This document shows, piece by piece, positions 28,001 through 40,436 of a stretch of DNA of 64,000 nt. Made by a program: the position numbers and the translations under genes. This DNA is from Moniliella sp. 'wahieum' (Eukaryota). How positions within the stretch are numbered: the first letter of the stretch is position 1; each line of letters starts with the position of its first letter. A model generated the notes under the pieces. The model did not search any database. It saw only the letters and a list, made by a program, of their open reading frames with translations, and was not told where the DNA came from. The stretch spans positions 1-64,000 of the forward strand of contig RSEE01000016.1 of assembly GCA_003971905.1 (NCBI GenBank), written 5' to 3'.

Positions 28001-31000
28001 CACGCGCCACTCGATTCTCCCCCGCCGTCATGTTGACAAGCATCGTCGCGACCACCACAAGATCCATAATGTTCCACCCGTTCATCAGATACGCGTTGGG
28101 AGTGAAAACCAGTCCGTCAGCAATTACCTTGAGCACAATCTCCACCAGGAAAAGAATGGTGAGGAGCGCATCGACAAAGTAAAACCAAGGTCGTTTTCCC
28201 AGTGTGCCGCTGTGAGTCTGCATGTACTGCTTGCGATAGGTTGGAGTGGCAAACCCAGCATCGAGACGGAAGCGAACAATGGAGCAAATCAGATGTGAAG
28301 CGGTACGCGTTTGGTGAGCAAACTATTGGTGCGACCACAAAGATGCGTTCCCCATAGGAAGGAGACACGATTGACTGGCACACTGGCGAATCGGACTGCG
28401 ATCGAGAAGAGAGAAGAGCAGAGCGTTTTGTCATACGAAGGGTAGCGGTTGAGGAACAGCATCATCTCCCGCTTGGGATCGTTGCGTACCCGTTCCTGGT
28501 ACTCAGCATCGATGATGGCTTGCGAAACGGGTTCGTTTACAACCAGTCCCAGGTCGGTACGAGTGCGAGCAATCCCGCGTCGCACAGCGTCACTGTCTCC
28601 TTCTTGCGCAGGGGAGTCATTTCCGTACCGATCCAGGTCGAAATCCATCACGGTGGCCGGCCAAGAGATGTGTTTGTGCCCTCCACCGGCAGAGGGCGCC
28701 TCGTCCGTGGGCAGGTCCAGTCCTGGATCCGAAGCGTCAGGGGCGGAGCCCGTAAAGGAGTGAGGACGCAAACTGTCCAACTTGTACTCCTCCTCGCGAT
28801 GGACAAACCAAAAACTTTTCATCTTCTCCCATGCACTCACAACGTCGTTCTTGAACATCGTGTACAACGTCTCAACCATCGTCATAGAGTGTCGTTGCGG
28901 AACGACTTGGCCTAGCTCTCGTAGCCTTTCGTCCTGCTGTTCCAGTTGGAATTGCTTCCAGCGGTACATGTACGGACTGAACCGACCAAGGAATGAGTTT
29001 TGAGGGTGAGGGGCCATGGCCATTTTTTGTGCCCACTCGGGGTCCAAAAGACCCTTGCTCTTTTTGGAGAGGTATTCCTGCACTTGCTGCCAACGCCGAT
29101 CGCTCTCGGCAATAGTGAAGTTCTCGTTGATCACCGCGATGAACATCTGGAGAAGAATAAAGTTGGCAAAAAAGAACCAGGCGCAAAGGATGATCCCCGA
29201 CACAACGTCTTGCTTGTACGTTGGGTGCTGGACAATACGTTCCACAAGGGATCCGTCCAGTTTTCCGAAGAAAAGATCTGATACATGCCCAAGAAGCTGT
29301 TGTAGATCGACTTGAATGTGACCGACGACTCGAGCCCATCGCTGCTACTGTCCGCCTCCACATCGCCCCGTAGGAGCTGGACGATGACAAGGGACGAGAG
29401 TCCCACCATGAGGAGGAGAAATATAATCATGTTGAGTAGACCGCCACTCGAACCAAAGACGATGCCGGCCAAGTCCCGCATAAAAGGGAATACGAGGATA
29501 AAGCGGTAAAACGCGCAAGGGAAAAGAAAGTCATCCAAGGGAACCAAGACGAATGCTTAATGCCTGGAATTTCAATGATGATCGTCATCAGGGCCAAGCA
29601 GAGGTCAACCGTGTTGCGGGTCGACATGAAAAACCCACGCCAGTCTCGCTGCAAAGCAAACGGGCTAGCCCGCACCACGATCTCGGCTAAAAGTAAATTC
29701 CAAACCACAGATGAGCATCCACAGCTGTAAAGAAGAAAGGGCAACCGACGTTAGACTAAGAACGACACACCAGAAACAGAGGACGTACCGACAGTGCGAT
29801 CTTCATCTCAATCCAGCTCTTGTTGGCCTGGATCACCACGTCGGCCAAGATGACGACGATGGAGATATTGGGCACGATGGTGAGGGCGAACCAGCGATAG
29901 ATCCTGAAGGCCTTACGTCGATGGCGACGGAACATGTTTTCTTCCCTCACCGAGCCCGTCCGTACCGAGCCTCCCCGCGGGGGTTGACCTTCTCGGCAGC
30001 AAAGGCAGAGCGGTGTGTTTGGCTGGTGATCGAGGCAAACGTGTTGGAGATGACAGCGACAATCAAGTTGGCCATCCAAAAGTTGGTGATCAATAGACAA
30101 ATGACAAAGAAGAGCACGCTCCACCCAAAGTAGTCAGCGTCCGCCATATCGTACATGGTGGTTGACCACCCATTGGCGCTCATGACGATCATGATTGCAA
30201 TAGAGCAGCCACGATGTTGTCAAAGCTCTGGACCCCCGAGTTGGGATTTCTTCCTCAATGCACCGCTGGTTCTCGGGACAGTGGTAGCCCTTCGCAGTGG
30301 AGGACAAGAACCGTTGGAACGGATGAAGCCAGACAGAGTGCCGTTCATACTGTAAGCTCCACATATATGGCCAGTTTCCAATGTCGAGTCGCCCGGCGTC
30401 GAGACGTTGCTTAGCGCTGGATCCCATACACATTGACGACGGTAGCTGCTCTTGAATGCCTGGACCCCAACGATGGAAAACATAAGCATGAAGAAAAAGG
30501 TTAGGGCAAACACTTGGCCTAGAAGCGGCATGGCCCGCTTAAGTGATGACAAGATCGTTGCGGTACCACTCGTTACAGCCAATAGACGAGCACAGCGCAA
30601 CACTGACACGGCACGGAAAATGAAAATGTGTCGCGAGGGGGTCATTTCAGTGTGAGTGATAGCAAGAAAGAAGGAGACCCAATAGCAGACGACGGCCAAA
30701 AAGTCAATTCGGTTCCACGAGTGGCGTAAGTAGGCGAATAAGGTGCTTGAGCTCGTTGAACCACAAGCGCTTGAGCAAATGGTACAATCTCTCGCCGATT
30801 CCACAGGTACGCATCCACATCTGTCTCGCGAAAGGGACGAGAGGTAGAAGAGAGCGTGGTATCCGGGTGGATGAGAGAAGCAGAGCTTGCATTGGCCGGT
30901 GTCGTGTTGCCAGAGCTTGCGGTGGCGTTGGCGTTGGCGTACGCCTTTGGTCCTTGGGTCTTGGGCAAGGCGGGTGCCAAGGTCCCAAATTCATCCATCG

Positions 31001-32996
31001 TCACTACTCGAGGAGCCGAGGAGGCTGCCAGACCAAGGTCGATCAGGGTTGAACTCGGTTAGGACTCTCTGGACGAACATCCGAGTCATGATACCGGTCG
31101 GGCACAATAAGGCGCGTGGCAGATGCCTTGAAAGTATCTCCGAGCGAGCTCAATGTCTCTATCGTGTTGCCTCGCGACGGCTTTTTGCGAGGATGGGAGA
31201 CGAATTTGGGGGTGTGTAGAAGGGAGTGAGTCGGATGTGTCAATGGGAAATGGGCGCTTTGAAGTTGGTGGGTATGGGAGGGAGCTGGCTGACGCGCCGG
31301 TTCCCCTTGTCTGGTACAGGGTGGAGCGAGAGGGTGGTGACAAGCTTGGTTGTTGAGGCAGAGGCACTTGTTGTGGGGGGCGTGGGAGTCTGAACAAGGT
31401 CTTTTTCGCTGGATCCCAGCAAGAGAGTGGTGTCTGGCTTATCGGAACCGTCCGCCACATACTCCAGCTCAATCTTGGGATTGAAGATGAGACCAGAGAC
31501 GATAATCTTGGCAAAGACCTCGAGAGTGAAAATGCAAAAAATCACAAAGAGGACATAGTCTCCCATGTACCAAAGTAGCCGTTCTCACGAGGGTGGTCAA
31601 ACGCGCTACGTGCCGACTGGATGACAAGCACCACAAGATTGGTCACGATCAGCGCCATTAAGAGCCCCTCGACCCACCAATGACTCAAAAGGTGGACCAT
31701 GGCGACACGCAATCGATTGTGAGGACCCAAAACCCAAGTGAGTTGCCGTGGAGCAAAGTTAGTCGAGACGAGAGGTGCGAGCCTTCTCATCGGTGATCCC
31801 GGCTATTGGTGCGGAAATCTCACGCTGGTCCTCGCGAATGGCTCGCGATCCATTGGGTAGACGAAGTCTTCCAGCTCCTCAATCAGATCCTCCCCCTCCC
31901 TCCCCCTCCTCCCCTTCCTCATGGTGGGTGACCAGCCGTGCACCGCGCACATCCAACTGTTCCGGAGGATCGCTCACCAGAGGCATGAATTGGCTCGGAG
32001 GAGTAACTTCCACGTACTCATCCGACAAAAGTTGGTGATCCCTTCTCTCTGATCTCCGGCCGCGGGTGGGTGTGGGAGGCAGAGCCGAAACGACTCTGCG
32101 CGAAACGTGGCGGAGCGATTGTCCCACACCGAGTGCTCGAGAGCGAGCACCACTGGCAAGGGCGTGTTGGAATCCGCTTCCATTGTCGAGGGCTGAAGTG
32201 TAGCGAGAACGAGGAGAACGTGAGGAGAACGTGCATCAGGATGTCCGCCCGACATGGACGAACGGATGAGAGAAACGCTGCGGCTGACCTGCATGGAACT
32301 CGATATCGTCCGGCGCGTCCGAGTCTGGGCCTCCAACGGAACGACCGCTGTCGTTTAAACTTAGCCCGGAGGGTGTCCTGGGGATGAAGCCAGAAGAGGG
32401 TCATCAGGATCAGGTGATGCATCGACGAGTCGATCCAAGGAGACACTAGAGGATGGCCCCATGTCGATCGTTTGTGTGGTGAAGGAAGGCTCAGGCGAGG
32501 GCGCCGGGGCCAAGTCGTCAAATTGGAGGGGTGACATGGCAAAGCCACGCCCTCCCATGTCCCCCATAGTCGCGTCTCCCCAGCTCGCCATTGACGTGGG
32601 GGATGGAGGGCGGAGGGCGGAGCCAAAAAGGGAAGAAGGCAGGCTCTCAGGACGATCAACAGTGGCGCTGGGTGTGAGCGGGTTCGGGCGAAGGAAGCTG
32701 ACCAAAGGCCTCGAAGCTACCCAACGTTCCTGGGTAGGGGTGAAGCTGTGGGGCAGATAGCGAGTGGCGGGGGGGATCCGCAAAGACGTCCTCGACAAGC
32801 TCGTCGTGGCCCTCTTCCGAGTCGACAGCATGCTCGTCGTCAGAGTCATGGCGCAAGCGAGGGTGAGGGCGGCGCGAAAGATAGGAGGCCGTCATCGTCG
32901 CGGCTGCGCTGCGACGCCAGACGAGCGGTGGGCGGCGGTGGGATCACCGGCTGGGCCCGGTGGCGACGGCCACGCGCCCGCCGGGGGAGACGGCAT
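25066..32996 (-). CDS. CCH1: Voltage-gated-type calcium channel Cch1 (four repeats), several introns and indel errors; start approximate
   Basis: Pore loops VMSANGWS / FSSENWT / VSLEG(W) / MSTGENWN (N-E-E-E), S4-like [40 protein letters not shown]. Confidence 0.95.
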
Positions 32997-33281
32997 GGCG
33001 GAGTTGGGAGGGAGGGTGTGGGTTGGGTGGTGCGGCGGACGGAGGGTGCATGCAAGTTGCGGGCGTTCAATTGCAGTTGGCGTTGGCCGTGGGCCGCTTC
33101 GCTTCAGTTCAGTGGCGAGGCAGAGGAGCCAGTTCGTCGCAGCACCACCAGCTGCTGCGGGCCGAGCGGAGCAGGCAGGCGGCATTCCAGTCGCAGTGGC
33201 ACCTTGCGGCACCGAAATGTTAAAACCCAGCCCGTCCACGACCGGTGCCACATCCGCGTTTCTTGATGCGCTGGGCTGTGA

Positions 33282-33302
33282 TGTGACATGTGACATGTGA
33301 CA
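33282..33302. repeat. Tandem 7-bp palindrome array (TGTGACA)3 in the CCH1/RIP1 divergent region
   Basis: tgtgacatgtgacatgtgaca; the same unit occurs at 33412, 39854, 49795 and 61413. Confidence 0.9.
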
Positions 33303-33738
33303 TGGCCCCGAGCGCCCCCAAAGCCCCATCCCCCCAACTGCCACCGCACAGTCACACCGCCCACGTCACTCGCTAGTCACCAGCCGCCAGTCCCCCGTCC
33401 TAGTCACCCCCTGTGACATGTGACATCACATCCCAAGTCCCACCGAGGATGACGTCGATGCGCTGACGCCTAGACCTAAGACCTACAGGCCCTACTAACT
33501 GGTAGCCCACGGTGGTATTGTGTTCGTATGAATATGATCCACGGCGAATGCCGCCGAGGGATACCCAGCCAAACACCCGTATGCATTGCCGTCTCGCCGC
33601 ACAGAGGCCAACTCAGCGGTGACCGGCGCAAGGCCCCATGTCCACGCTGGTGTCCATCTCCAAGGTGTGCTACGCGGTAATATGTCCCCTTTGGGGGTTC
33701 TGTTCTTCTCTGCCCTGGTCGGCACTGTACATCTTGAG

Positions 33739-33960
33739 GAGACCTGCAGTCCTGATGGTCCTCGAGGGTGATGCAATCGCACTGGCGGTGGTAGTGTGGC
33801 AACCAGCAATGCCTACAGAGGAACATCAAGCAGCGAGTCGCCGTCAGGGCTAAGCTGCGGAACAAGGGAAAAGAGAGAGAGAAAACAACGGAACTCCTAG
33901 GTCTGAGGAAACTGAAGGGACATTGGTCAAAGCACGAGCCACCCAGCTTAACACATCTGA
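33739..33960 (+). repeat. Dispersed repeat, copy 1 (~220 bp; possible solo LTR or non-autonomous TE fragment)
   Basis: Colinear with 61435-61688, e.g. cctgatggtcctcgagggtgatgcaatcgcactgg, cggaactcctag, aactgaagggacat, aaagcacgagccacc. Confidence 0.9.
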
Positions 33961-34435
33961 TGAACGTTGAGTTCAACGTTCATCGATCATCCCTGCATCC
34001 CGGCCTGCCTTGCCCCCCTCCCATGTTCGTCGCATCATCCGTGGCGGCGGGCCTCGAGGAGTGTTCTTTGTGTTGGGCCGTGCGTGTCCAAGAAGGCCAC
34101 TATATATCCACGTGTACCACACCCCCAAGCTGGGACGATGTTGAATCAGCATCCCCGCAATCGGTGCAACACCCAGACATTTTGAAAGTGTCAAGTGCGC
34201 ACACTGCTGCCCAAAGCGGATCCTGAGCGGTGGCCCCGAGCACCGATTAGAAAGAAGCGTAGCCACACTCGCGCCAGGCCGGGCCAGCGGATTATTTGTA
34301 AGCCAGCCGGGCCCATCGTACGCTGCTGGGAGCCTAGCCCCTCAGACGGGCGCGGGGGCTTCGCTTGGCCTTCTCCAGCGCTTGCCTCGACCTGCTCTGT
34401 CTGGTGCGCTGCTGGTCGCTTGCCTCGCCCCCGCC

Positions 34436-35109
34436 ATGGCTTCTCTTGGACGCATGTTCCCCCAGGCGCCTCGTGCCCTTGCGGCCCTGCGTCCCGTGCC
34501 CCGCGCCTCCGTCCTGCCTGGTCTGGCCTCGGTGCGGACCGTAGCAACGTCCAGCAAGGCCATTCGCCCAAGGTGCCCGACTATGACGATGTGCGGGTGA
34601 AAGACCCGCAAGCCAACCAGACGCTGTCGTACTTTGTCATTGGCTCGCTTGGCGTCCTGACCGCGGCAGGGGGCAAGTCGGCGGTGCACGACTACTTGGC
34701 CACGCTCAGTCCGTCGGCCGATGTGTTGGCGATGGCCAAGGTGGAGGTGGCTCAACTCGATCCCGCTGGGAAAATGCTGTGATCAAGTGGCGTGGCAAGC
34801 CCGTCTTTGTGCGCCACCGCACGCCGGGACGAGATCAAGGAGGCCGAGTCGGTGGATGTGGCTTCGCTGCGTGACCCAGAATCGGACGAGCAGCGCGTCC
34901 AACGCCCAATGGCTCGTCATGCTCGGCGTTTGCACTCACCTGGGGTGCGTCCCCATTGGTGAAGCGGGCGACTATGGAGGATGTTCTGCCCCTGCCATGG
35001 CTCGCACTACGACATCTCCGGTCGGATTCGCAAGGGCCCCGCCCCGCTCAACCTCGAAATCCCAACTTACTCCTTCAACGACGCAGATGGCAAGCTGGTG
35101 ATTGGGTAG
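34436..35109 (+). CDS. RIP1: Ubiquinol-cytochrome c reductase Rieske Fe-S subunit; frameshifted
   Basis: Mitochondrial presequence, [57 protein letters not shown]. Confidence 0.95.
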
Positions 35110-36299
35110 AACGATGTTTTTTTGCCGTTTCCACACGGCTCTTTCGCAACCATGTTATGCTCATCCACGCAATGTGGCAGTGGCCATGTGCTTCGTGGCA
35201 GGTCGGGTATAGAGCAGAACTAATAGCTCAGTTTGCTCGAGCTCAAGGGGAGGGATGGTGCAGGTGCCTGTGTCGCCACAGCGTACAATCCCGCAGAACA
35301 TGCGGGATATGCGAGTTGGATAGCGGGTTTCGTCATCTTGGGGCTTTCACTTCAATCGTCGGCCCCCTCTTGTTTCCAATTCCTTAATTTGCAGCGGTGC
35401 AATCGATTTGACTCATTAGTATCTCCACATCAAACCCCATTGCCCAGAGTAAGGCAACCTGACCGGTGGCCAAGCCCAAAGTCGTTCTCGGAATATATTA
35501 CAGGACTCTCCGCCAATTGTCCAGCATGGACGCGGGGGATGGTCCGCGGGGTGGTCAGCAGGGCAACCAAAGAAACACCAAGAGGTCCAAGCAAAGGAAA
35601 AGAAAAGTGATGAAAGGAAAGAAGAGGAGGGAAAAACAATGACAAGCCCTCCTCCAGACCAAATAGCCAAGAGAAGAAGGAGGCGACCAGAATAGAATAG
35701 ACCGAAAGAGGCCTGGTACGACGAGACGACAAAATATGCAGGGCGTAATATCAAAGAACATAGAACCATAACCAGCCACGGGGTCAGGAGACTCACGAAA
35801 GCCACCAGGCTCCGAGGGTCGGTGCGCAGTGCCGTTCCCATCCATCGACCATCCGTCTGGTAGAGTGGACTGGATAAGGATTCAGATACACGGTGGAAGG
35901 CAACTGGTATATGCGGCACACACACCACGACCAACGTCCCCCACCAACAACTTATGCGCCTTACTTCCTCCTTTCACCTTCAGCCTCCGTCCTTCATGTT
36001 GCGGACCCCGCGTTTACACCCGTGGTCGCTTGTCTTCCGACGATCACTCGGGCGCGGCAGGGCGCGTTTCAACGACGAAGAACCGCCGGCTGTGCTACTG
36101 GGTCGGGAGAGCGCCAGCGCGGGAGAGGTGCATGCGCATGCGACGCTCTGCGGGACGTGAGTCCTGTCCCTTCGCCTGGATAGACGTCCAAGGCACCTGC
36201 GACGCTCATGCTCAAGCCGCCGTGGTCGGTGGTATCGGAAACGGAGCCGGCGGAAATAAGTTTTGCAGCATGGACAGGTACTCACCATCGGAAAAGCCC

Positions 36300-38901
36300 A
36301 TGCCAGCCAATGGATTCTCTTCGTCTCCGCTTTGACTGCCGCCAGAAAGGGGGGACTGGATTGGAAGCGGGTCCGTGGTCGGGATGACAGTGGGGGGAGG
36401 GCAGTCACAGCGGCCGCGACGGTTTTCTGATCGGGTTCCGTGTCGGTCGTGAGCGAGGCGGCGGCGTATCGGGCGGTATTGGACACGGCCTGTTCCAGCA
36501 ACCCATTGTCGACGGGAGGCAAGCCCAATGACTCGGGGATCTGATGCAGCTTTTGCACTGTCTTGATGTGGATCAGATGCTTTTCGATTGCAGCCAACAA
36601 GCCCGTCTTGGTAAACGCAGCTGGAAGCGAGTCGTTCATCCCGTTTCGCATGTACTCTTGCAGTTCCGGCACAGAATACTCGAGGTAATGCTCATGATGG
36701 GCGTGCGGTGGTCGAATTGCTTAATGAGCGAGTCGGGGGATACGTCGACCAGTTCAGGCATCACCACGTCCATCAGAACCAACTCGTATGGACAGTTCAA
36801 CTTGGCCGCCGCTCGCGTCACTTCCTCGGATGACAGAGGCACATCGATCGCCGCCCCCCCACCGGGATGAACTTGCGGCTCAGTGCACGAGCCAGCGCAT
36901 CCCGTTCGCTCTCTTGGCTCTGCCATGCCCGCAGAACAGACCAACCGGGAATGTAAGTTGAGCGCCGGACACGGAGAGTGTTTGTATGGCTTGAGGGCGT
37001 CGACCCTGGTTGGGGACTCGCGCTCTCTGCGGTCGACCATAGGCATGGACCGTGGAAGCTCCTCTAGACTGTACACGGGCAGGCTCTGCCGCCATCCATG
37101 GTAGGCGTCGGGCTCTTGTCCTTCCCCGCCTTGGCCCTTGCCATCAACATCATTGGAATGGATGGGGTTGGAGCGCACCCAGGTGAAGACGCGTAAATCT
37201 TGTCCATGGCCGAGCTGCTGCAGTGCCAAAGCTGCGGTCTCCGCGTTGGACTCGGACCCTTCCTCGCCTGCTACCGTCAAGAGCGACTCGGGCTGATGCA
37301 ACGTATCAAAGTGCGGAGGATGAAGAAGGACTTGAGGGCTGGGCTGACGATCATGCAGAATCCATCCTGCTTCTCCTGCTGCTGCTGCTCCTGTTCCTCC
37401 TCCCTCGGTCATCGTCTTCTACCTTGATTGACCGAGCCGTCTGCTTGCCCGTGCCGGCACGCTTCAGGCGCTTTGCCTTGTTCGATGGGCCAGTAGCCTC
37501 AGCAGCGGCCTGCAGGGCCGCGGGAATCGAATGCAGTCCTGTGCGACCCTGGGCAATATCCGACATTTGGGCAAACGAAGCCTGTGTCACCTCCTGGTAA
37601 GAGCCGATGAGCTTCTGTGCCTCGTCAGGGGCAAGAACGGTCCGATTCGATGGAAGCCGGGCTACATGCTAGCGAGGTGAGGAAGGGAGCACCTGCGCTC
37701 CCCGATGTCTGTGCCACGTGGCGGATGACATGTTGCATGAGTTGATCTTGCTCTTTGATGTTCTGTTGCACCCTCAGCATGTCGGCGATTACATCTTGAT
37801 ACTGTTTGGTCAAGGTGCCAATGTGCTTGGTCAAGCTATCTTGAATGGCTTGCATGCCACTGATTTGATCCTTCAGATTGGCATAGTCCTCCGCTGCGCG
37901 CTCCGCCGCTTCGGCGCCCTGAGGAACAGGCGGAGAAGATTCCATGTCCTCCGCCGCAGCGCGGAGGCCACGCTTAACCAGTGGCGTCTTGCGCTTGACC
38001 GCCTCGAGAAGGTCGGGTCGGCCGCGCTTGAAACAGTCATGCTTAAACTCCCACATCTGGTCAAACGCCTCGTGCGCGTGTGGTCAAACAATTTGCCCAG
38101 CATGACCGGGTCCTTTTTCATTGTGAAAGTCGTACTTGTTGAGCTGCCGAACAAAGCTGGAAAGTTCGAGTGCTTGAAGTGTCTGGCAGGACATGTTTGG
38201 TAAAGTCGTTCATGTTCTGGTGGCAACCGCGGTTAGTATGAACGGAGACAGGAAATAACCCAGCACGTACCACAACAACAAAACTGTCGCCATTGAGGGA
38301 CCAGCGGATGATGTGGCTCCAAGATGTGTCTTCCAGATGTAGAAGAGTTTGCTAACAAAGTGCGGGTTGGGCTTGGTATCCTTTTCGGTGCGTGCACTGG
38401 AGGCTGCAGGATATCCTGTACAGGTGCCCCCCAGGAGGCTCGGAGGAGGGCAGGCTTTGCGGTGTGAGTGAGGTGGCCACGGCTGGAGCGAGGGGAAGAG
38501 GAATCCCATCGAGGCTGGATCGTCGTTTGCAACGTGCGGTTGGGACGAGGCCTGCTGTGGCACGGGCGGAGCGGCGTATGCATGCGGAGGGCGGGGAGGC
38601 GGCTGAGCGTGCGGCTGGGCTGCTGCTCAGGGAAGGCATGGGCAGACAGGGGGGTGTGGGGGAGAGAATCGGGCGGGATCTCCCAAGGGGTAGAGGGCCT
38701 GAGCAGAGGTTGAACCCAGCCCAAATAGCTCTAGCTGATCAGGAGGAGAGTGGGCGGGCGGAGCAGGGGGGCAGGCGCAGAGGGGGCAGCGGAGAAGTGT
38801 CATGCGGCAGGAAGGGCCATCAGGGGTGAAGGAGGGGGGCGGCTGCTGCTCTGACAGCGGGGGTGGCGGGGGTGGGTGGGTGGGCGGAAGGGTGGTGCCA
38901 T
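36300..38901 (-). CDS. SKN7: Skn7/Prr1-like transcription factor (HSF DNA-binding domain, coiled coil, degenerate receiver domain); introns and indels; ends approximate
   Basis: HFVSKLF, RHFKHSNF, WEFKHDCFKRGRPDLLEAVKRK, PYELVLMDVVMP, QFDHRTPIMSITS, GMNDSLP..FTK.GLL..IEKHL. Confidence 0.85.
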
Positions 38902-40436
38902 AGTAAAACGGCGGGGTGGCACGGGCATGGCAGGCAACAGCTGCACCGTAGGCGGCAGCGTTGGGGTGGTGGTGGAGGCGGCGGCGGTGGCGGCGGCGGT
39001 GGCGGCGGGGCGGAGGGGGGGTGAAGACGAGGCCCAGCGCGCAGAAGCGGCAGGAGCAGACAAGAGGCAGGCCCAGGCAGGATGGTGTCGGGGGTGAGGC
39101 AGGCGGGCGTGCAACTGAGCAGCGGCGGGTAGCAGGCGAGGCCGCTCGCACGCCCTGTCGTGCCGCAGGCCAGCCGCAGCCAGGAACTGCGTGCTGGCCA
39201 CTGGGACTGCATGCTGGGCGCCAGGGCCCAGCACGCAGTATGCAGTACCCTGCTGCCCCGGCCCCCGTCCCAGCCCAGCACCAGCACCCAGCACCCAGTA
39301 CCCGAGTAAGGTGACGAACAGCACCAGCCTGCAGCCACCGTCTCACGCGTGAGCCTCCAGCCATGCCTGATGCCTTCGGCCGACTACGGCCTACTGCCGC
39401 ACCTCGCCGCCTCTGCGCTCAGCTGGCGCTGCGCCTCTGCGCTCATCCATCCCAGCCATCATGCATCCCTGGTTCCCACGCAGGCACACCGCCAGCGCGC
39501 AGCCTGCGCACCGCATGCTGCCGCTCCGCCCGCGGAGCACAGAGTGGCCCGTGGCCGCTTCCGTTCGCCGCCCACGCTTGCCCCGCTATCGGCAGGGGTG
39601 GAAACAGGGTGGGCGGGTGGGGATTGGGATGGCGCTGCTGGCTGCGACGGCACCGGGGTTGGATACTGGGTGCCAGCCGCCCCCCCCCTCGCACCGCACT
39701 GCCCTTCCCTAACCAGCTTGCCCCGTCTGCGTCTGCGCTGCCCTCAGGCTGAGGCCAAGGCTGTCCGGGTGTCGGGCATCACGCGTCACACGGCCGTCTG
39801 CCCGGTGTCCGCATCCGGCCGCACGGGGCCGCACTGGGACTCAGCGTGCTGACTGTGACATGTGACATGCAGCAGGCGATGCTCGGCATTGGCTGGCACA
39901 GCAGGGCACTCCACCCACCGCACAGCGCATGACACCGACGGCATGCCGCCTCCCCCGCCCGCCTTGGTTCTGCCTGAACCATCCCGTGGCCTTTCTGCCA
40001 GTGCCACGTCACGCGTCAAAACCCAGCCAAGCCAGGCACCGCGTTTTCTCCTCGAACCCAGGACCTGAAGCTCAGCCTTACACTCAGTACTCAGTCAGTA
40101 CTGAGCCCCAGTACTCAGTAGTCGACAACTGTTGAGTACTCAACACGGCGTCTCAGAACCCAAAGTACTCAACAACGTCCAAGATTCAACTCAGTACCAG
40201 TACTCAGCTTGCAAGCATGCTAATCGATAATCTTCCTCCCACTCGAACCAACACAGCCAAGTCCACCACCACGTCTGAGATCTCACGAATCATGCATCAT
40301 GTTGACATCTGAGGCTGCGGTTGAGCCAGCTCAACACGTTCAACATGCCGTGCGGCGGCGGTGCCTGCCTCCCCCTCTTCCTCTTCCGCCTTCTGTCCCA
40401 GGTCGTCCCTCACTTCCACCTGCGTTCGCCTGTCAA

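Noticed and set aside
25066..32996. Unusual N-E-E-E selectivity filter in the calcium channel
   Set aside because: A non-acidic residue in repeat I is normal for fungal Cch1.
35416..35934. Hydrophobic 172-aa ORF downstream of the SKN7-like gene
   Set aside because: The hydrophobicity comes from a pyrimidine-rich, UTR-like tract; there is no family motif.
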